64,000 bases of DNA from an uncultured Alphaproteobacteria bacterium (GCA_944392155.1 CALXVR010000004.1:9645-73644); one strand, 5' to 3'. Counted from the stretch's first letter, positions 1 to 9,778 are shown. The notes: a model not told the origin generated them from the letters alone. Made by a program: numbers and translations.

Positions 1-329
1 TTACAAATGTTTTGCCATGGCGGCCGCCGGGGAACCGAACACCGACAGATGGTGAAATTGCGGTTTGTTTACCGTTTTTGAAAAGACAAATTGAGCTGAT
101 TGAGCCTGATGTTATTATTGTTCTGGGTGGAAGTGCTGCCAATGCGCTTCTTGATAATGAAGAGCCGATTTCTCGGTTGCGCGGAAAGTGGTTGGAGTAC
201 AAAACTCTAAAAGGCAAGGTTATCCCTGTTTTGGCCAGTTTCCATCCGGCATATTTGCTCAGAAATACGGCTCAGAAAGCTAAGGCTTGGGGGGATTTGT
301 TGCGTATGAAACAAAAACTTATGCAATGA
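1..329 (+). CDS. Uracil-DNA glycosylase, family 4 (C-terminal part; 5' end outside window)
   Basis: Frame is open from the window edge to TGA 327-329. Translation VIIVLGGSAANALL...SFHPAYLLRN matches the family-4 UDG C-terminal motif (HPA/SxLLR). Confidence 0.75.
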   Translation, partial: TNVLPWRPPGNRTPTDGEIAVCLPFLKRQIELIEPDVIIVLGGSAANALLDNEEPISRLRGKWLEYKTLKGKVIPVLASFHPAYLLRNTAQKAKAWGDLLRMKQKLMQ

Positions 330-427
330 TGTTATCCTTTTATTCATAAATTGTTGGTAAATTAAAATAAATAGATTATTATTTTGACGATATACGGGTT
401 ATATGCGTAACATGTAAGGAAATAACT

Positions 428-1165
428 ATGAAAATACAAAATGGTTTTTGTTTTGGAATCGCCAGTTTAATGTTGTCAGCAAGCATTGCTTCCGCTCAAG
501 CACTTGATGCAAAAATTGTTTCAGATAGCGGAGAGCGTGATGAAGCTATTTTGTTTAAGGTGCATGACATTACATCGGTTAAAACTCCGAATGATAGTGA
601 TATTGTGGCTTGCGAGTTTTTTGTTACGTTTTATAACCGTTCCCAAAAAGAGATTAATGGTGCTCAGTTAGAGTTGAAGTGGGTTGATAATTCTTTAATT
701 CCGGTCGTTAATGCGGAAAAAGCGGAAAGTGCCGAACGGCATGCCAAAGGTGATGATATTGACGCCGATTTCTCCTTTACCCAAAACGGAAATCCCTTGG
801 AGTTATATGCTCCTATAAATATGCCCGCTATTAAACCGTATAAGCAGATTACGCTTAAGCAATCGATGAAGACGGATCGTTGTTATGTTTTGTTAAATAA
901 TCTGACAATTGATGTTAAGTCTTGTTCCGTAAAACAAAAAGGCGATGCGGCAATTCCGTCTAATGAAAATTGTAATGGTATGTTCCGTTTTATTTCTCAA
1001 GAAAATCCGGAATATTATACTGATTTTCAGAAGATTTCTTATGCTACGCAAAAAGAAGCTGATGTCAAAAAACGTGCAAATCAAGAAAAAGAAATGGAAG
1101 ATCAGTATCAGCAAGCCGTAAAAAATATGGATTTGTTATCTCAGGCGTTAGCAGAAATAAAATAG
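428..1165 (+). CDS. Secreted hypothetical protein, paralogue of the next gene
   Basis: 245-aa ORF with AAGGA upstream and an N-terminal signal peptide (..SASIASAQA). Shares the blocks C-x-F-x-V..IN..L.LKW and CY..(I/V).V..C.VK with 1187-1912. Confidence 0.7.
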   Translation: MKIQNGFCFGIASLMLSASIASAQALDAKIVSDSGERDEAILFKVHDITSVKTPNDSDIVACEFFVTFYNRSQKEINGAQLELKWVDNSLIPVVNAEKAESAERHAKGDDIDADFSFTQNGNPLELYAPINMPAIKPYKQITLKQSMKTDRCYVLLNNLTIDVKSCSVKQKGDAAIPSNENCNGMFRFISQENPEYYTDFQKISYATQKEADVKKRANQEKEMEDQYQQAVKNMDLLSQALAEIK

Positions 1166-1186
1166 CTTTTTACGGGAGTAAAATAT

Positions 1187-1912
1187 ATGGCAAAAGGTCT
1201 GTGGCTTAATGTTTGTTTTCTGTCGGCATTGTTGATGTGCGGGCAGTTAAATTCGGCATCGGCTCAGATTTTTGCGGATAGTGCTCCGGCTCAAAGTGAA
1301 AATTCAGGACAAGCTTCTCAGTTCAAGTTTAATAATAGCTGGGCTAATCCGCGTCGGCTTCCCGCAACTCAGAAGCAAAATGCTTTAAAAAATGCGGAAG
1401 AAGCAAATGAGAGTGCCGATGAAAACAAAATGTCCGGACAAGCGAAAGAAAATGCTGCACAGGCGGCTCAGCAAGCCAGAAAAAATGCCGCAGAAGCATT
1501 AAGTAAATCATTGGCCGGAAAGCGTGGTACAAGCGCTCCCATTCGTCGTGTGGTTCGTCCCGGAGAAAAACAGACAGAAGATGAAAGCTTAATTTTCTTA
1601 TTTTATCAAGATTTTAAAATCAGCCAGACGATGGGTGGTTTGGTTATGTGTGATGTTCGTTTTATTGTTATGCACACATTGGAAAATAAGATTAATAATT
1701 TAAGTTTTCGTTTGAAATGGCCCAGAATGGAGACAACATTAAGTTATAATGATGTTGAGCCTAATACTGAGACGTATTTTGATTATACTTTGGTAGGCGA
1801 TGGCTGTTATTCTATGGATAAGATTCCTAATGTAATTGTTAATCGGTGTCGGGTTAAAGGCTTGTCACAGAGCGCTTGCGCAAATAAAATTCGGTGGCTG
1901 AAAAAGCAATAA
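1187..1912 (+). CDS. Secreted hypothetical protein, paralogue of the previous gene, with an Ala/Gln/Asn-rich linker
   Basis: 241-aa ORF with GGGAG RBS and signal peptide (..LNSASAQI). The C-terminal domain aligns with 428-1165 (VMCDVRFIV..INNLSFRLKW ... CYSMDKIPNVIVNRCRVKG). Confidence 0.7.
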   Translation: MAKGLWLNVCFLSALLMCGQLNSASAQIFADSAPAQSENSGQASQFKFNNSWANPRRLPATQKQNALKNAEEANESADENKMSGQAKENAAQAAQQARKNAAEALSKSLAGKRGTSAPIRRVVRPGEKQTEDESLIFLFYQDFKISQTMGGLVMCDVRFIVMHTLENKINNLSFRLKWPRMETTLSYNDVEPNTETYFDYTLVGDGCYSMDKIPNVIVNRCRVKGLSQSACANKIRWLKKQ

Positions 1913-1972
1913 AATTTGAATTTTGTTTGATATTTTGTCGAGGGTAATTTTTTTGCAATTTGGGGGCTGGGC

Positions 1973-3712
1973 GTGTCTTATAGGATTATATCGGCAAATT
2001 TAGCCGTGGTTTTGGGAGTACTTTGGGGGGCCGAGGTATTTGCAGCGCCGTTGCCTGTTATTGACCGTACATGCTATAATCAGCTTTTGGATGAACTGAC
2101 CATAGATAAAGAAGATGTTACTCTTTATAAAAAAATTTTCAGAGCTATTGAGAAAGAAGATATAGAAGAAGCCGATGATTTATCTGATGATGTTGAAAAT
2201 CAGATTTTGATGGGTCATGTTTTGGCACAAAAATATTTATCTAAAACATATAAATCAAGTTATGACGAACTTAAAGAATGGTTGGAATTATATAGCGACC
2301 ATCCGCAAGCAGAACGGATTTATAGATTGGCGACAAGAAAAGGTGATAAAGATTGTCTTACGAAGCCGGATAGCTTGTCTAAAATTAATCGAACTCCTTA
2401 TAGTTGGTATAATAACGATTATGAAAACTTATCTTTGGCAAAACGTCAGCTTGTCCGCAAAAATGTAAATAATTTTTTGCGTAATATTAACCAAGGTAAG
2501 ACACTTAGAGCTAAAAGGATTTTGCAAAATAAGGCTTTTCGGATGGCGGTCCCTGATAGAGAATGGGACGCGATGGCTGCAACCCTGACGACGGTTTATT
2601 TTTTGGATGGGCAGGATAAACTCGCTTTGGAATGGTCTACAAAACCAGCCAGACGCAGCCAAGACGCAACCGGACTTTGGTTTAGAGGTTTGGCTTTTTG
2701 GCGGCAAGGGAAGTTTAAAGAAGCTGCTATTAACTTTGGTAAGCTTGGGTCAAAAAATGATAATGATGAATGGTTGATTTCCGCAGGTGCTTATTGGGCT
2801 TATCGGGCTTATGATAAAATAGGAGATGCTAAAAAGGCAAAGAAATATTTGACAATGGCTTCAAAATATCGGCGGACGTTTTATGGTTTGTTGGCAAATT
2901 ATGCTTTAGGTAACCCTCTTAAATATAATTGGGACAGTGTGCCTTACTTAAATGATTTCAGCAATTGTAGTGTCGTAAGCGAGCTGGTGGCGTCTCCGTC
3001 TATCCGTCGTGCTTTGATATTAATTCATGCCAAACAGTCTGATTTGGCGGCTCAAGAATTGCGTGGTGATTTGGATGCTATGAATGAAAAACAGCGAGAA
3101 GCGGCTTTGTTTATTGCAAAGCAATATGGCATGCATTCATTGGCGATTAGTATATCTAATTTGATTAAGGATAATGATAGAGAAATTTATTATGACGGGA
3201 TTGCTTATCCGGATCCGGATTGGGAGCCGAAAAGCGGCTGGCAAGTTGATAGAGCTTTGGTTTGGGCTTTGGTGCGACAAGAATCCGGTTTTAATGCAAA
3301 GGCACAGAGCGGGGCTGGGGCCAAAGGTTTAATGCAGCTTTTGTCAAGCACTGCGGCTTATGTTACCAAAGACAAGCGTTTGCGCAGAGATTCCACGCCT
3401 TTATTTGAAACAGAATATAATCTGGAAACTGGACAGCGGTATGTAAGCTATCTGATGGAAAAGGATTTTATAGGCAATAATTTGTTCTTTCTGACCACGG
3501 CATATAATGCGGGACCGGGGAATTTGTATAAATGGCAGAAAAGGGTGAAATACGGCAATGATCCGCTGATGTTTATTGAAGCTATCCCCTCGCGGCAGAC
3601 GCGTATTTATATTGAGCGTGTCTTGGCAAACTTTTGGATGTATAACGCGCGTTTCGGGCAGCCGAGCGAAAGTTTGGAAGAGTTGGTGCATGGGGAGTGG
3701 CCCAGGCTGTAA
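1973..3712 (+). CDS. slt: Soluble lytic murein transglycosylase (Slt70-like, superhelical N-domain + SLT domain)
   Basis: 579 aa with a GTG start and signal peptide. The C-terminal SLT catalytic motifs are present: VRQESGFNAKAQSGAGAKGLMQL and AYNAGPGN. Confidence 0.88.
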   Translation: MSYRIISANLAVVLGVLWGAEVFAAPLPVIDRTCYNQLLDELTIDKEDVTLYKKIFRAIEKEDIEEADDLSDDVENQILMGHVLAQKYLSKTYKSSYDELKEWLELYSDHPQAERIYRLATRKGDKDCLTKPDSLSKINRTPYSWYNNDYENLSLAKRQLVRKNVNNFLRNINQGKTLRAKRILQNKAFRMAVPDREWDAMAATLTTVYFLDGQDKLALEWSTKPARRSQDATGLWFRGLAFWRQGKFKEAAINFGKLGSKNDNDEWLISAGAYWAYRAYDKIGDAKKAKKYLTMASKYRRTFYGLLANYALGNPLKYNWDSVPYLNDFSNCSVVSELVASPSIRRALILIHAKQSDLAAQELRGDLDAMNEKQREAALFIAKQYGMHSLAISISNLIKDNDREIYYDGIAYPDPDWEPKSGWQVDRALVWALVRQESGFNAKAQSGAGAKGLMQLLSSTAAYVTKDKRLRRDSTPLFETEYNLETGQRYVSYLMEKDFIGNNLFFLTTAYNAGPGNLYKWQKRVKYGNDPLMFIEAIPSRQTRIYIERVLANFWMYNARFGQPSESLEELVHGEWPRL

Positions 3713-3716
3713 TATA

Positions 3717-3750
3717 AAAGTTTGTATAATGGACAGCTAATACAGATTTT
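3717..3750. repeat. Partial copy (left arm only) of palindromic repeat family 1
   Basis: AAAAGTTTGTATAATGGACAGCTAATACAGA matches the left arms at 12353 (AAAAGCTTGTATAATGGGTAACTAATACAGA) and 30974. No matching right arm was found. Confidence 0.5.
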
Positions 3751-3925
3751 GCAAGCTGAAAAAATGCTCACGTTTTTGTCATAAAAGTTTAAAAATTCCG
3801 GCTTTCAACTATTGTTGTCAAAGGGGGTTTTTTGTGATATAATCTAAAGTACAAAAATATAAATTGTGTTGATAATTGTGCGGTTGAGAGAGAAATAAAA
3901 AAATAATAATAAAAAAAATATATTT

Positions 3926-4159
3926 ATGGAAACAATCATTGCAATCATCTCTGTAGTAGTACTAATGTACTGCTTTGGTGGTTATATAGTAGATTTTATT
4001 TGTAAGATCATAGGCTCACTCTTTATGGGAGTTTGCGCTGGTCTTTTCTGTGGAGCTATCGGTTGGTTAATTGCCTCCGTGGTTTTTTCCGCAGGTGTAT
4101 TGGGATTTGGTGTTGGCTTTATTGTCGGTGTGATTATTTTGGTTTGTAAAGTAATCTAA
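3926..4159 (+). CDS. Small hydrophobic Gly-rich membrane protein
   Basis: The 77-aa ORF is almost entirely hydrophobic (2-3 predicted TM segments) and is followed by a terminator hairpin. Confidence 0.55.
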   Translation: METIIAIISVVVLMYCFGGYIVDFICKIIGSLFMGVCAGLFCGAIGWLIASVVFSAGVLGFGVGFIVGVIILVCKVI

Positions 4160-4180
4160 AAGTCGGCACAAAAATAACGA

Positions 4181-4217
4181 AAAAGGATTTTGACATTTAT
4201 GTCAAAGTCCTTTTTTG
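4181..4217 (+). terminator. Rho-independent terminator
   Basis: AAAAGGATTTTGACA-TTTA-TGTCAAAGTCCTTTTTTG: a stem-loop followed by a T-run. Confidence 0.7.
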
Positions 4218-4288
4218 TTGCCGGAAATTGAAAAAGCCTTTGTATGGATTATTTATAAGTCAGGTACATTTTTATAAAGGAAAAAGTT

Positions 4289-4621
4289 ATGGAATTATAT
4301 TTGTTTTTGGCAATGTTTTTGATGTATGTTCTGACGGCGTTTATGGTTCAAAAACGGGTCTTAAACCGCATTTGGTCTTTGGCTTTTATGCTTTGTTTTG
4401 CCATTACGGCGGTGGCTATCGGTTTTATTCGGGTTTCGGGGCAAGATGTGATGATGAGCGCCAATGAGCTGAACTGGTATTATATGCTCTATTTGTTCGG
4501 CTCTTTATCCGTGGTTTTGGGCTTGATTAATTTGTGGATGTATCGCAAGGCGGTGTTTCGGGTTTTCTTTTCTTCCGCAGATGATGACGACGATGATGAT
4601 TCGTCTAAGAAAGAGGCATAA
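4289..4621 (+). CDS. Membrane protein with acidic poly-Asp C-terminal tail
   Basis: 110 aa with AAAGGAAAAAG upstream and 3 hydrophobic segments. It ends ..SSADDDDDDDSSKKEA. Preferred over the overlapping ORF 4228-4467, which has no RBS. Confidence 0.6.
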   Translation: MELYLFLAMFLMYVLTAFMVQKRVLNRIWSLAFMLCFAITAVAIGFIRVSGQDVMMSANELNWYYMLYLFGSLSVVLGLINLWMYRKAVFRVFFSSADDDDDDDSSKKEA

Positions 4622-5267
4622 TTTTAATCTTGCGTTTTTGCCTGTTTAGGCTGACTTTATATAGATTTTTGCCAAACCAGCATTTCTTGGCATTAAGTAA
4701 GCGTGCCGCAAAATTTGGGTCGGAGGTTTTTATGCAGATTGGGGTTTGTTCAAAGTCCGCCTGGCAATCGGGAATTTTGTTCAAAATTTGGCTGATTTCA
4801 TTTTCATCTTGCCAGGGCTTAACCCCGACAGGGTCCGCGAATGAGATTTGGCTTCCTTTTTGGTTTTGGGCAAAGTCTGCCAGATTTTCTCCGGTAAGGA
4901 ACAAAAAGTTTTCAAAAGCTTCTTTAGCACAATCGCTGGCGTGAACCATATAGCCACCGCCGAAAAGCTTGCGATATTTAGATTTGCTGTTGGTGAGCTT
5001 GATGTTTTTGCCATTGTAATATTGCGGAGAATGGTCGGCGACCACAATCAGCAGGAAAGGTCCCGTGCCGCTTTCTTTGATTTTTTTGCGTCCTTTGCGC
5101 AAGTTTTTGCCGTAAAACCGAGCCAGATTGGCGGCAAAATGCTCTTTGCTCCAGTTTACTTCTGAGAGGCTGATAATTTCATATTGCTTTTGAATATCTT
5201 CAATAATTTGCTCTTCAAGCTTTCGGCCGTTGTTCCAGAGCATAAACAACTCTAAGTCCGTGGTCAT
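4605..5267 (-). CDS. Hypothetical protein with a nucleoside-diphosphate-kinase-like motif pattern
   Basis: 220 aa. The pattern EEQIIEDIQKQYEI...GTGPFLLIVV...YMVHASDCAKEAFENF resembles the NDK fold signature (..SGPVV.. / ..HGSDS..A.rEI..F). This rests on motifs only. Confidence 0.45.
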   Translation of the reverse strand: MTTDLELFMLWNNGRKLEEQIIEDIQKQYEIISLSEVNWSKEHFAANLARFYGKNLRKGRKKIKESGTGPFLLIVVADHSPQYYNGKNIKLTNSKSKYRKLFGGGYMVHASDCAKEAFENFLFLTGENLADFAQNQKGSQISFADPVGVKPWQDENEISQILNKIPDCQADFEQTPICIKTSDPNFAARLLNAKKCWFGKNLYKVSLNRQKRKIKIMPLS

Positions 5268-5365
5268 ATTGTCTTCCGCAATAGTTATTTTTGAACTTAA
5301 CTTTTAGCGCAATTTGTGTATATTGGCAAGTAAATTAGGTTTTATTTGATACAAAAGGCGCGCAA

Positions 5366-6958
5366 ATGATTAGAATAAATAACATTAAAGCAGATTTAGA
5401 CGTTGATATGGAGGGTTTGAAGGAAATCGTTTCCATGAAGACGGGGCTTGAGCCGGAGCGGATTAAGAGCCTGAAGATTGCCAAAAAATCGGTGGATGCG
5501 CGCAACAAAAGTAATGTGCAGTTTGTTTATGCCTTGGATATGGAGGTTTTTGGCGACGAAGACTATATATCTACCATTTTGGCATGGAAAGATGTTTTGC
5601 AAATCAAACAAGAAAAAATTGTTTCCTTTACACCTTCTCGTAAAATCTCTGCCTTACGCCCCGTGGTGGTCGGGACCGGTCCGGCCGGAATGTTTGCGGG
5701 TTTGGCTCTGGCGGAAGCCGGATTGAAGCCGATTTTGTTGGAGCGCGGCAAAAAACTTTCCGAACGCCAAAAGGATGTTGATTTTTTCTGGAAATGCGGA
5801 CAACTCAAAACCGAATCTAATGTGCAGTTCGGCGAAGGCGGTGCGGGGACTTTTTCAGACGGCAAATTGATGACGGGAATTAAGAAAGATGAGTTTACCG
5901 CTAAAGTTTTGCATGAGTTGGTTTTGGCCGGAGCGCCGGAGGAGATATTATATTTGGCAAAGCCGCATATCGGTACGGATAATTTGGCAATCGTGGTGCA
6001 GAATGTTCGCAAAAAAATCGTGGAGCTCGGTGGAGAATATCGTTTTGAAAACAGATTGGAAGATTTGATTGTTAAAGACGATGTCTTGGTTGGTATAAAA
6101 GTTCGTCAAGCAAACGGCGAAGTTTATGATTTGGCAGCGGATAAGGTGATTTTGGCGGTGGGGCACAGCGCTCGGGATACTTTTGAGATGTTATACCGCA
6201 ATGGTGTAAAAATAGAGCAAAAGCCATTTTCCGTCGGTGCCAGAATAGAACATAAGCAACAGATGATTAATCAGGCACAATATGGACGTTTTGCCAATCA
6301 CAAAGCTTTGGGGGCTGCAGACTATAAATTGGCGGCGCATTTTGCCAATAAGCGCTCGGCTTATACATTTTGTATGTGTCCGGGAGGCGAAGTGGTGGCG
6401 GCCGCTTCCGAGGAAGGTCGTGTGGTTACCAACGGAATGAGTGAATTCGCCCGCAACAAAGAAAATGCCAATGCGGCTTTGTTGGTCGGGGTTGAGCCTA
6501 AAGATTTCGGCGGCGAGCATCCGTTGCAAGGAATGTATTTTCAGCGCAAGTTGGAAGAGGCGGCTTTTCGGCTCGGCGGAGAGGATTACAAAGCTCCGGC
6601 ACAGTTGGTCGGCGATTTCTTAAAAAATCAGCCTTCTTCAGGGCAAGGCGAGGTTACGCCTTCTTATACGCCGGGGGTGCGTTTTTGTAATCTTGCCGAT
6701 ATTTTGCCGCCTTATGTCTTTGAAACAATGCGGATGGCATTATCGGAAATGGATAAAAAACTCCATGGTTTTGCATCTCATGATGCGGTCTTAACCGGTG
6801 TGGAAACCAGAAGTTCATCTCCTATCCGTATTTTGCGCGATGAAAATTTTGAAGCAAATATCAAAGGGCTTTATCCTTGTGGTGAAGGTGCCGGATATGC
6901 CGGCGGAATAGTTTCCTCTGCCGTGGACGGTCTCAAAATCTGTAAGGCTCTTATGTGA
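5366..6958 (+). CDS. FAD-dependent protein (COG2509-type NAD(FAD)-utilising dehydrogenase)
   Basis: 530 aa with a dinucleotide-binding motif (VVVGTGPAGMFAGLALAEAG) after an N-terminal ~90-aa domain, and a C-terminal GEGAGYAGGI motif typical of this family. Confidence 0.8.
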   Translation: MIRINNIKADLDVDMEGLKEIVSMKTGLEPERIKSLKIAKKSVDARNKSNVQFVYALDMEVFGDEDYISTILAWKDVLQIKQEKIVSFTPSRKISALRPVVVGTGPAGMFAGLALAEAGLKPILLERGKKLSERQKDVDFFWKCGQLKTESNVQFGEGGAGTFSDGKLMTGIKKDEFTAKVLHELVLAGAPEEILYLAKPHIGTDNLAIVVQNVRKKIVELGGEYRFENRLEDLIVKDDVLVGIKVRQANGEVYDLAADKVILAVGHSARDTFEMLYRNGVKIEQKPFSVGARIEHKQQMINQAQYGRFANHKALGAADYKLAAHFANKRSAYTFCMCPGGEVVAAASEEGRVVTNGMSEFARNKENANAALLVGVEPKDFGGEHPLQGMYFQRKLEEAAFRLGGEDYKAPAQLVGDFLKNQPSSGQGEVTPSYTPGVRFCNLADILPPYVFETMRMALSEMDKKLHGFASHDAVLTGVETRSSSPIRILRDENFEANIKGLYPCGEGAGYAGGIVSSAVDGLKICKALM

Positions 6959-7056
6959 ATTTTTTTAGTGGTGGAAAGGCGGTATATTTCCGTTGATTTT
7001 CTAAGGCCGACTGTTACAATGCGGTTATCTTTTAGACTTATGAATAAGGACTTGAT

Positions 7057-8358
7057 ATGAAAATTGCGATTATCGGAACGGGGTATGTCGGTTTGCCGAC
7101 GGGTATCGGTTTGGCTGAGCTTGGTAATGAGGTTGTTTGTGTGGACAAGATTGAGGAAAAGATTGCTTCTTTGTCTGCCGGTAGAGCAACTATCTATGAA
7201 GACGGTATGGAGGAGTTGTTCCAAAAACATCGCAAAAGCGGTGCTCTGTCTTTTACCACCGATATGGAAAAAGCAGTGAACGGAGCCGATGTGGTCATGT
7301 TGGCTGTGGGTACGCCGCCGCATCCGATTACCAAAGAAGCAGACCTTAAGTATATTTATGCCGCGGCTGAAGAGTTGGCTCAATATTTGAACGGATATAC
7401 GGTTGTGGCAACCAAGTCTACGGTTCCGGTCGGAACAGGCGATGAGGTGGAAGCTATTATCAAAAAAGTTAATCCGACAGCGGACTATGATGTTGTTTCT
7501 TTGCCGGAATTTTTACGCGAAGGTTTTGCCGTGCATGACTTCTTCCATCCTGACCGCATTGTTATCGGAGCAAACAATGAAAAAGCTCGTAATGTTTTGC
7601 TCAAGCTTTATGCACCTTTTGAAGGAAAAACCGAGTTTTTGTTGGTTAACCGTAAGTCTTCCGAGACAATTAAATATGCCTCTAATGCTTTCTTGGCAAT
7701 GAAGATTCATTATATTAACGAAATGGCTGATTTTTGCGAAAAAGCCGGTGCGGATATTAGGGAAGTTGCTAAAGGTATGGGACTTGATTCTCGTATCGGT
7801 AAAAAGTTTTTGAATCCTGGACCGGGATATGGTGGCTCTTGTTTCCCAAAAGATACCAACGCTATGGCCCAAATGGGACGCAAGTTCGGTGCGCATTTGA
7901 ATCTGATTGAAACGACCATTGCCAAAAATGATGAGCGTAAAGTTAATATGGCTAAGAGGGTTATTGATTCTTTGGATAAAAGCACAAACGGAAAAATTGC
8001 TGTTTGGGGTTTGGCTTTTAAGGGCGGAACCGATGATTGCCGTGAATCTCCGGCGATGGATATTGTTTCAGAAATAATTAAACATTCTTCCAATGTTACG
8101 GTTTATGACCCAAAAGCAATGGATAATGCCAAAAAAATTATCGGAGATAAGGTTAAGTATGCGCAAGATGCTTATGATGCTTGCAAAGATGCGGATATCT
8201 TGGTCATATTAACCGAATGGGAAGAGTTCAGAACCGCAGATTTGAATAAAATTCGGGGACAGATGAAAACGCATAAGATTTTGGATTTGCGTAATATGCT
8301 CAATGCAACCGAAGTTAGAGCTGCCGGTTTTGATTATGCCTGTATCGGTATGAAATAG
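7057..8358 (+). CDS. ugd: UDP-glucose 6-dehydrogenase
   Basis: 433 aa. MKIAIIGTGYVGLPTG Rossmann motif and the catalytic Cys context GGSCFPKD. Confidence 0.92.
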   Translation: MKIAIIGTGYVGLPTGIGLAELGNEVVCVDKIEEKIASLSAGRATIYEDGMEELFQKHRKSGALSFTTDMEKAVNGADVVMLAVGTPPHPITKEADLKYIYAAAEELAQYLNGYTVVATKSTVPVGTGDEVEAIIKKVNPTADYDVVSLPEFLREGFAVHDFFHPDRIVIGANNEKARNVLLKLYAPFEGKTEFLLVNRKSSETIKYASNAFLAMKIHYINEMADFCEKAGADIREVAKGMGLDSRIGKKFLNPGPGYGGSCFPKDTNAMAQMGRKFGAHLNLIETTIAKNDERKVNMAKRVIDSLDKSTNGKIAVWGLAFKGGTDDCRESPAMDIVSEIIKHSSNVTVYDPKAMDNAKKIIGDKVKYAQDAYDACKDADILVILTEWEEFRTADLNKIRGQMKTHKILDLRNMLNATEVRAAGFDYACIGMK

Positions 8359-8366
8359 GAGGAAAA

Positions 8367-9329
8367 ATGGTCAGGGTTTTGGTTGTCGGCGGTGCCGGTT
8401 ATATCGGAAGCCATGTGGTCAAGGCTCTTTTGCAAAAAGGTTATGAGGTTAGTGTATATGATAACCTTTCAACAGGCAGAGAGATAAACTTATTTTCAGA
8501 AGCCAAATTCATCAAAGGCGATATTTTGGATTTTGAAAAGCTCTCGGAAGCGATGCAAGAGCAAGATGCCGTGGTACATTTGGCGGCTAAAAAAGCAGTC
8601 GGTGAGTCTATGGAAAATCCGGCGCTTTATGCGCAAAACAATATGATTGGCTCGTTAAATATCTTGAATGCAATGCTCAAGAATGGGGTAAAACATATTG
8701 TTTTTTCGTCTTCTGCGGCGGTTTACGGAATGCCCGAGTATTTGCCGATTGATGAAAAACATCCTTTGAAGCCGATTAATTTTTACGGCTATACAAAACT
8801 TGACATTGAAAGATATATGGAATGGTATGGCAAGCTTAAGGATTTTCATTATATGGCATTACGCTATTTTAATGCTGTCGGTTATGATGCCGAAGGAAGT
8901 ATTAAAGGGCGTGAAATCGGTTCGCAAAATTTGTTGCCGATTATTATGGATGCGGCAACGGGACGCAGAGAAAAGCTTTGTGTCTTCGGAACGGATTATG
9001 ATACACGTGACGGAACTTGTGTCCGAGATTATATCCATGTTACGGATTTGGCCAAAGCTCATGTTTTGGCGATTGAACATCTGCTTAAAGGAGGTGTTTC
9101 TGCCAGTTTGAATTTGGGAACAGGGCAAGGTACGACCGTTAAAGAGATTATCGCAGCTACCGAAAAAGTTATTGGTAAAAAGCTTAGGGTCGAATATGTC
9201 GGACGACGCGCCGGAGATCCGGCCGTGCTGACGGCATCCTCCGAGAAGGCTAAGGAGATGCTTGGATGGGTTCCGCAATATACGGATATTGAAGAGATTA
9301 TTCGCACCGTTTGGGCGCTTGAACAATAA
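8367..9329 (+). CDS. galE: UDP-glucose 4-epimerase
   Basis: 320 aa with AGGAGG RBS. VVGGAGYIGSH, the YGYTK catalytic Tyr/Lys and DGTCVRDYIHV are all present. Confidence 0.9.
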   Translation: MVRVLVVGGAGYIGSHVVKALLQKGYEVSVYDNLSTGREINLFSEAKFIKGDILDFEKLSEAMQEQDAVVHLAAKKAVGESMENPALYAQNNMIGSLNILNAMLKNGVKHIVFSSSAAVYGMPEYLPIDEKHPLKPINFYGYTKLDIERYMEWYGKLKDFHYMALRYFNAVGYDAEGSIKGREIGSQNLLPIIMDAATGRREKLCVFGTDYDTRDGTCVRDYIHVTDLAKAHVLAIEHLLKGGVSASLNLGTGQGTTVKEIIAATEKVIGKKLRVEYVGRRAGDPAVLTASSEKAKEMLGWVPQYTDIEEIIRTVWALEQ

Positions 9330-9335
9330 AAATTA

Positions 9336-9362
9336 GGCCGGAGTTTTGCTCCGGCCGTTTTG
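9336..9362. terminator. Bidirectional terminator between convergent genes
   Basis: GGCCGGAG-TTTTG-CTCCGGCC hairpin followed by a T-run, lying between the galE (+) stop and the 9363-9764 (-) stop. Confidence 0.7.
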
Positions 9363-9764
9363 TTATCCCTTGGGATATTTTTCTTTTACTTTGAGGCAGG
9401 CATCATAGTATTTTTGTATTTGTTGTTTGCCTTCATTAATCAGACTTTCATCGCCTGAATTTATTTTTACCGTAGCATCTAAATATTCTCTGAAATCAGG
9501 ATATTCGGAAGCGCGTTTTTCTCGATAATCCGGCTCGACATAAGCGTCTGTATAGACGGAGATTATTTTATTCTCATTTTCAACATAGTATTTTTGCGGT
9601 ATTTTTAGATCGGGTGAAGGTTGGTTTTCTTCTACCGGTTTATAGCCGTCAGCCAACAGCATTTCGGCATTTGAGCTAAGGTTGTAGTTTTGGTAGAAGG
9701 TTTTGCCTTTGTTTATGTTGTTGGGTGCCGGAACGAGTTTTCCGTTAATTAATTTTGCATACAT
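9363..9764 (-). CDS. Hypothetical protein, phage tail-fibre-accessory-like position
   Basis: 133 aa, last gene of the tail-fibre-like trio. The N-terminus MYAKLINGKLVPAP...LLADGYKPV resembles small proteins encoded after phage receptor-binding genes. This is a recollection, not a search result. Confidence 0.5.
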   Translation of the reverse strand: MYAKLINGKLVPAPNNINKGKTFYQNYNLSSNAEMLLADGYKPVEENQPSPDLKIPQKYYVENENKIISVYTDAYVEPDYREKRASEYPDFREYLDATVKINSGDESLINEGKQQIQKYYDACLKVKEKYPKG

Positions 9765-9778
9765 TTTTTTCTCCTTAT

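Noticed and set aside
4228-4467. Alternative 79-aa ORF overlapping the 5' part of 4289-4621
   Set aside because: It starts at TTG without an RBS, its translation lacks membrane or other features, and the ORF in the other frame has an RBS and coherent TM topology.
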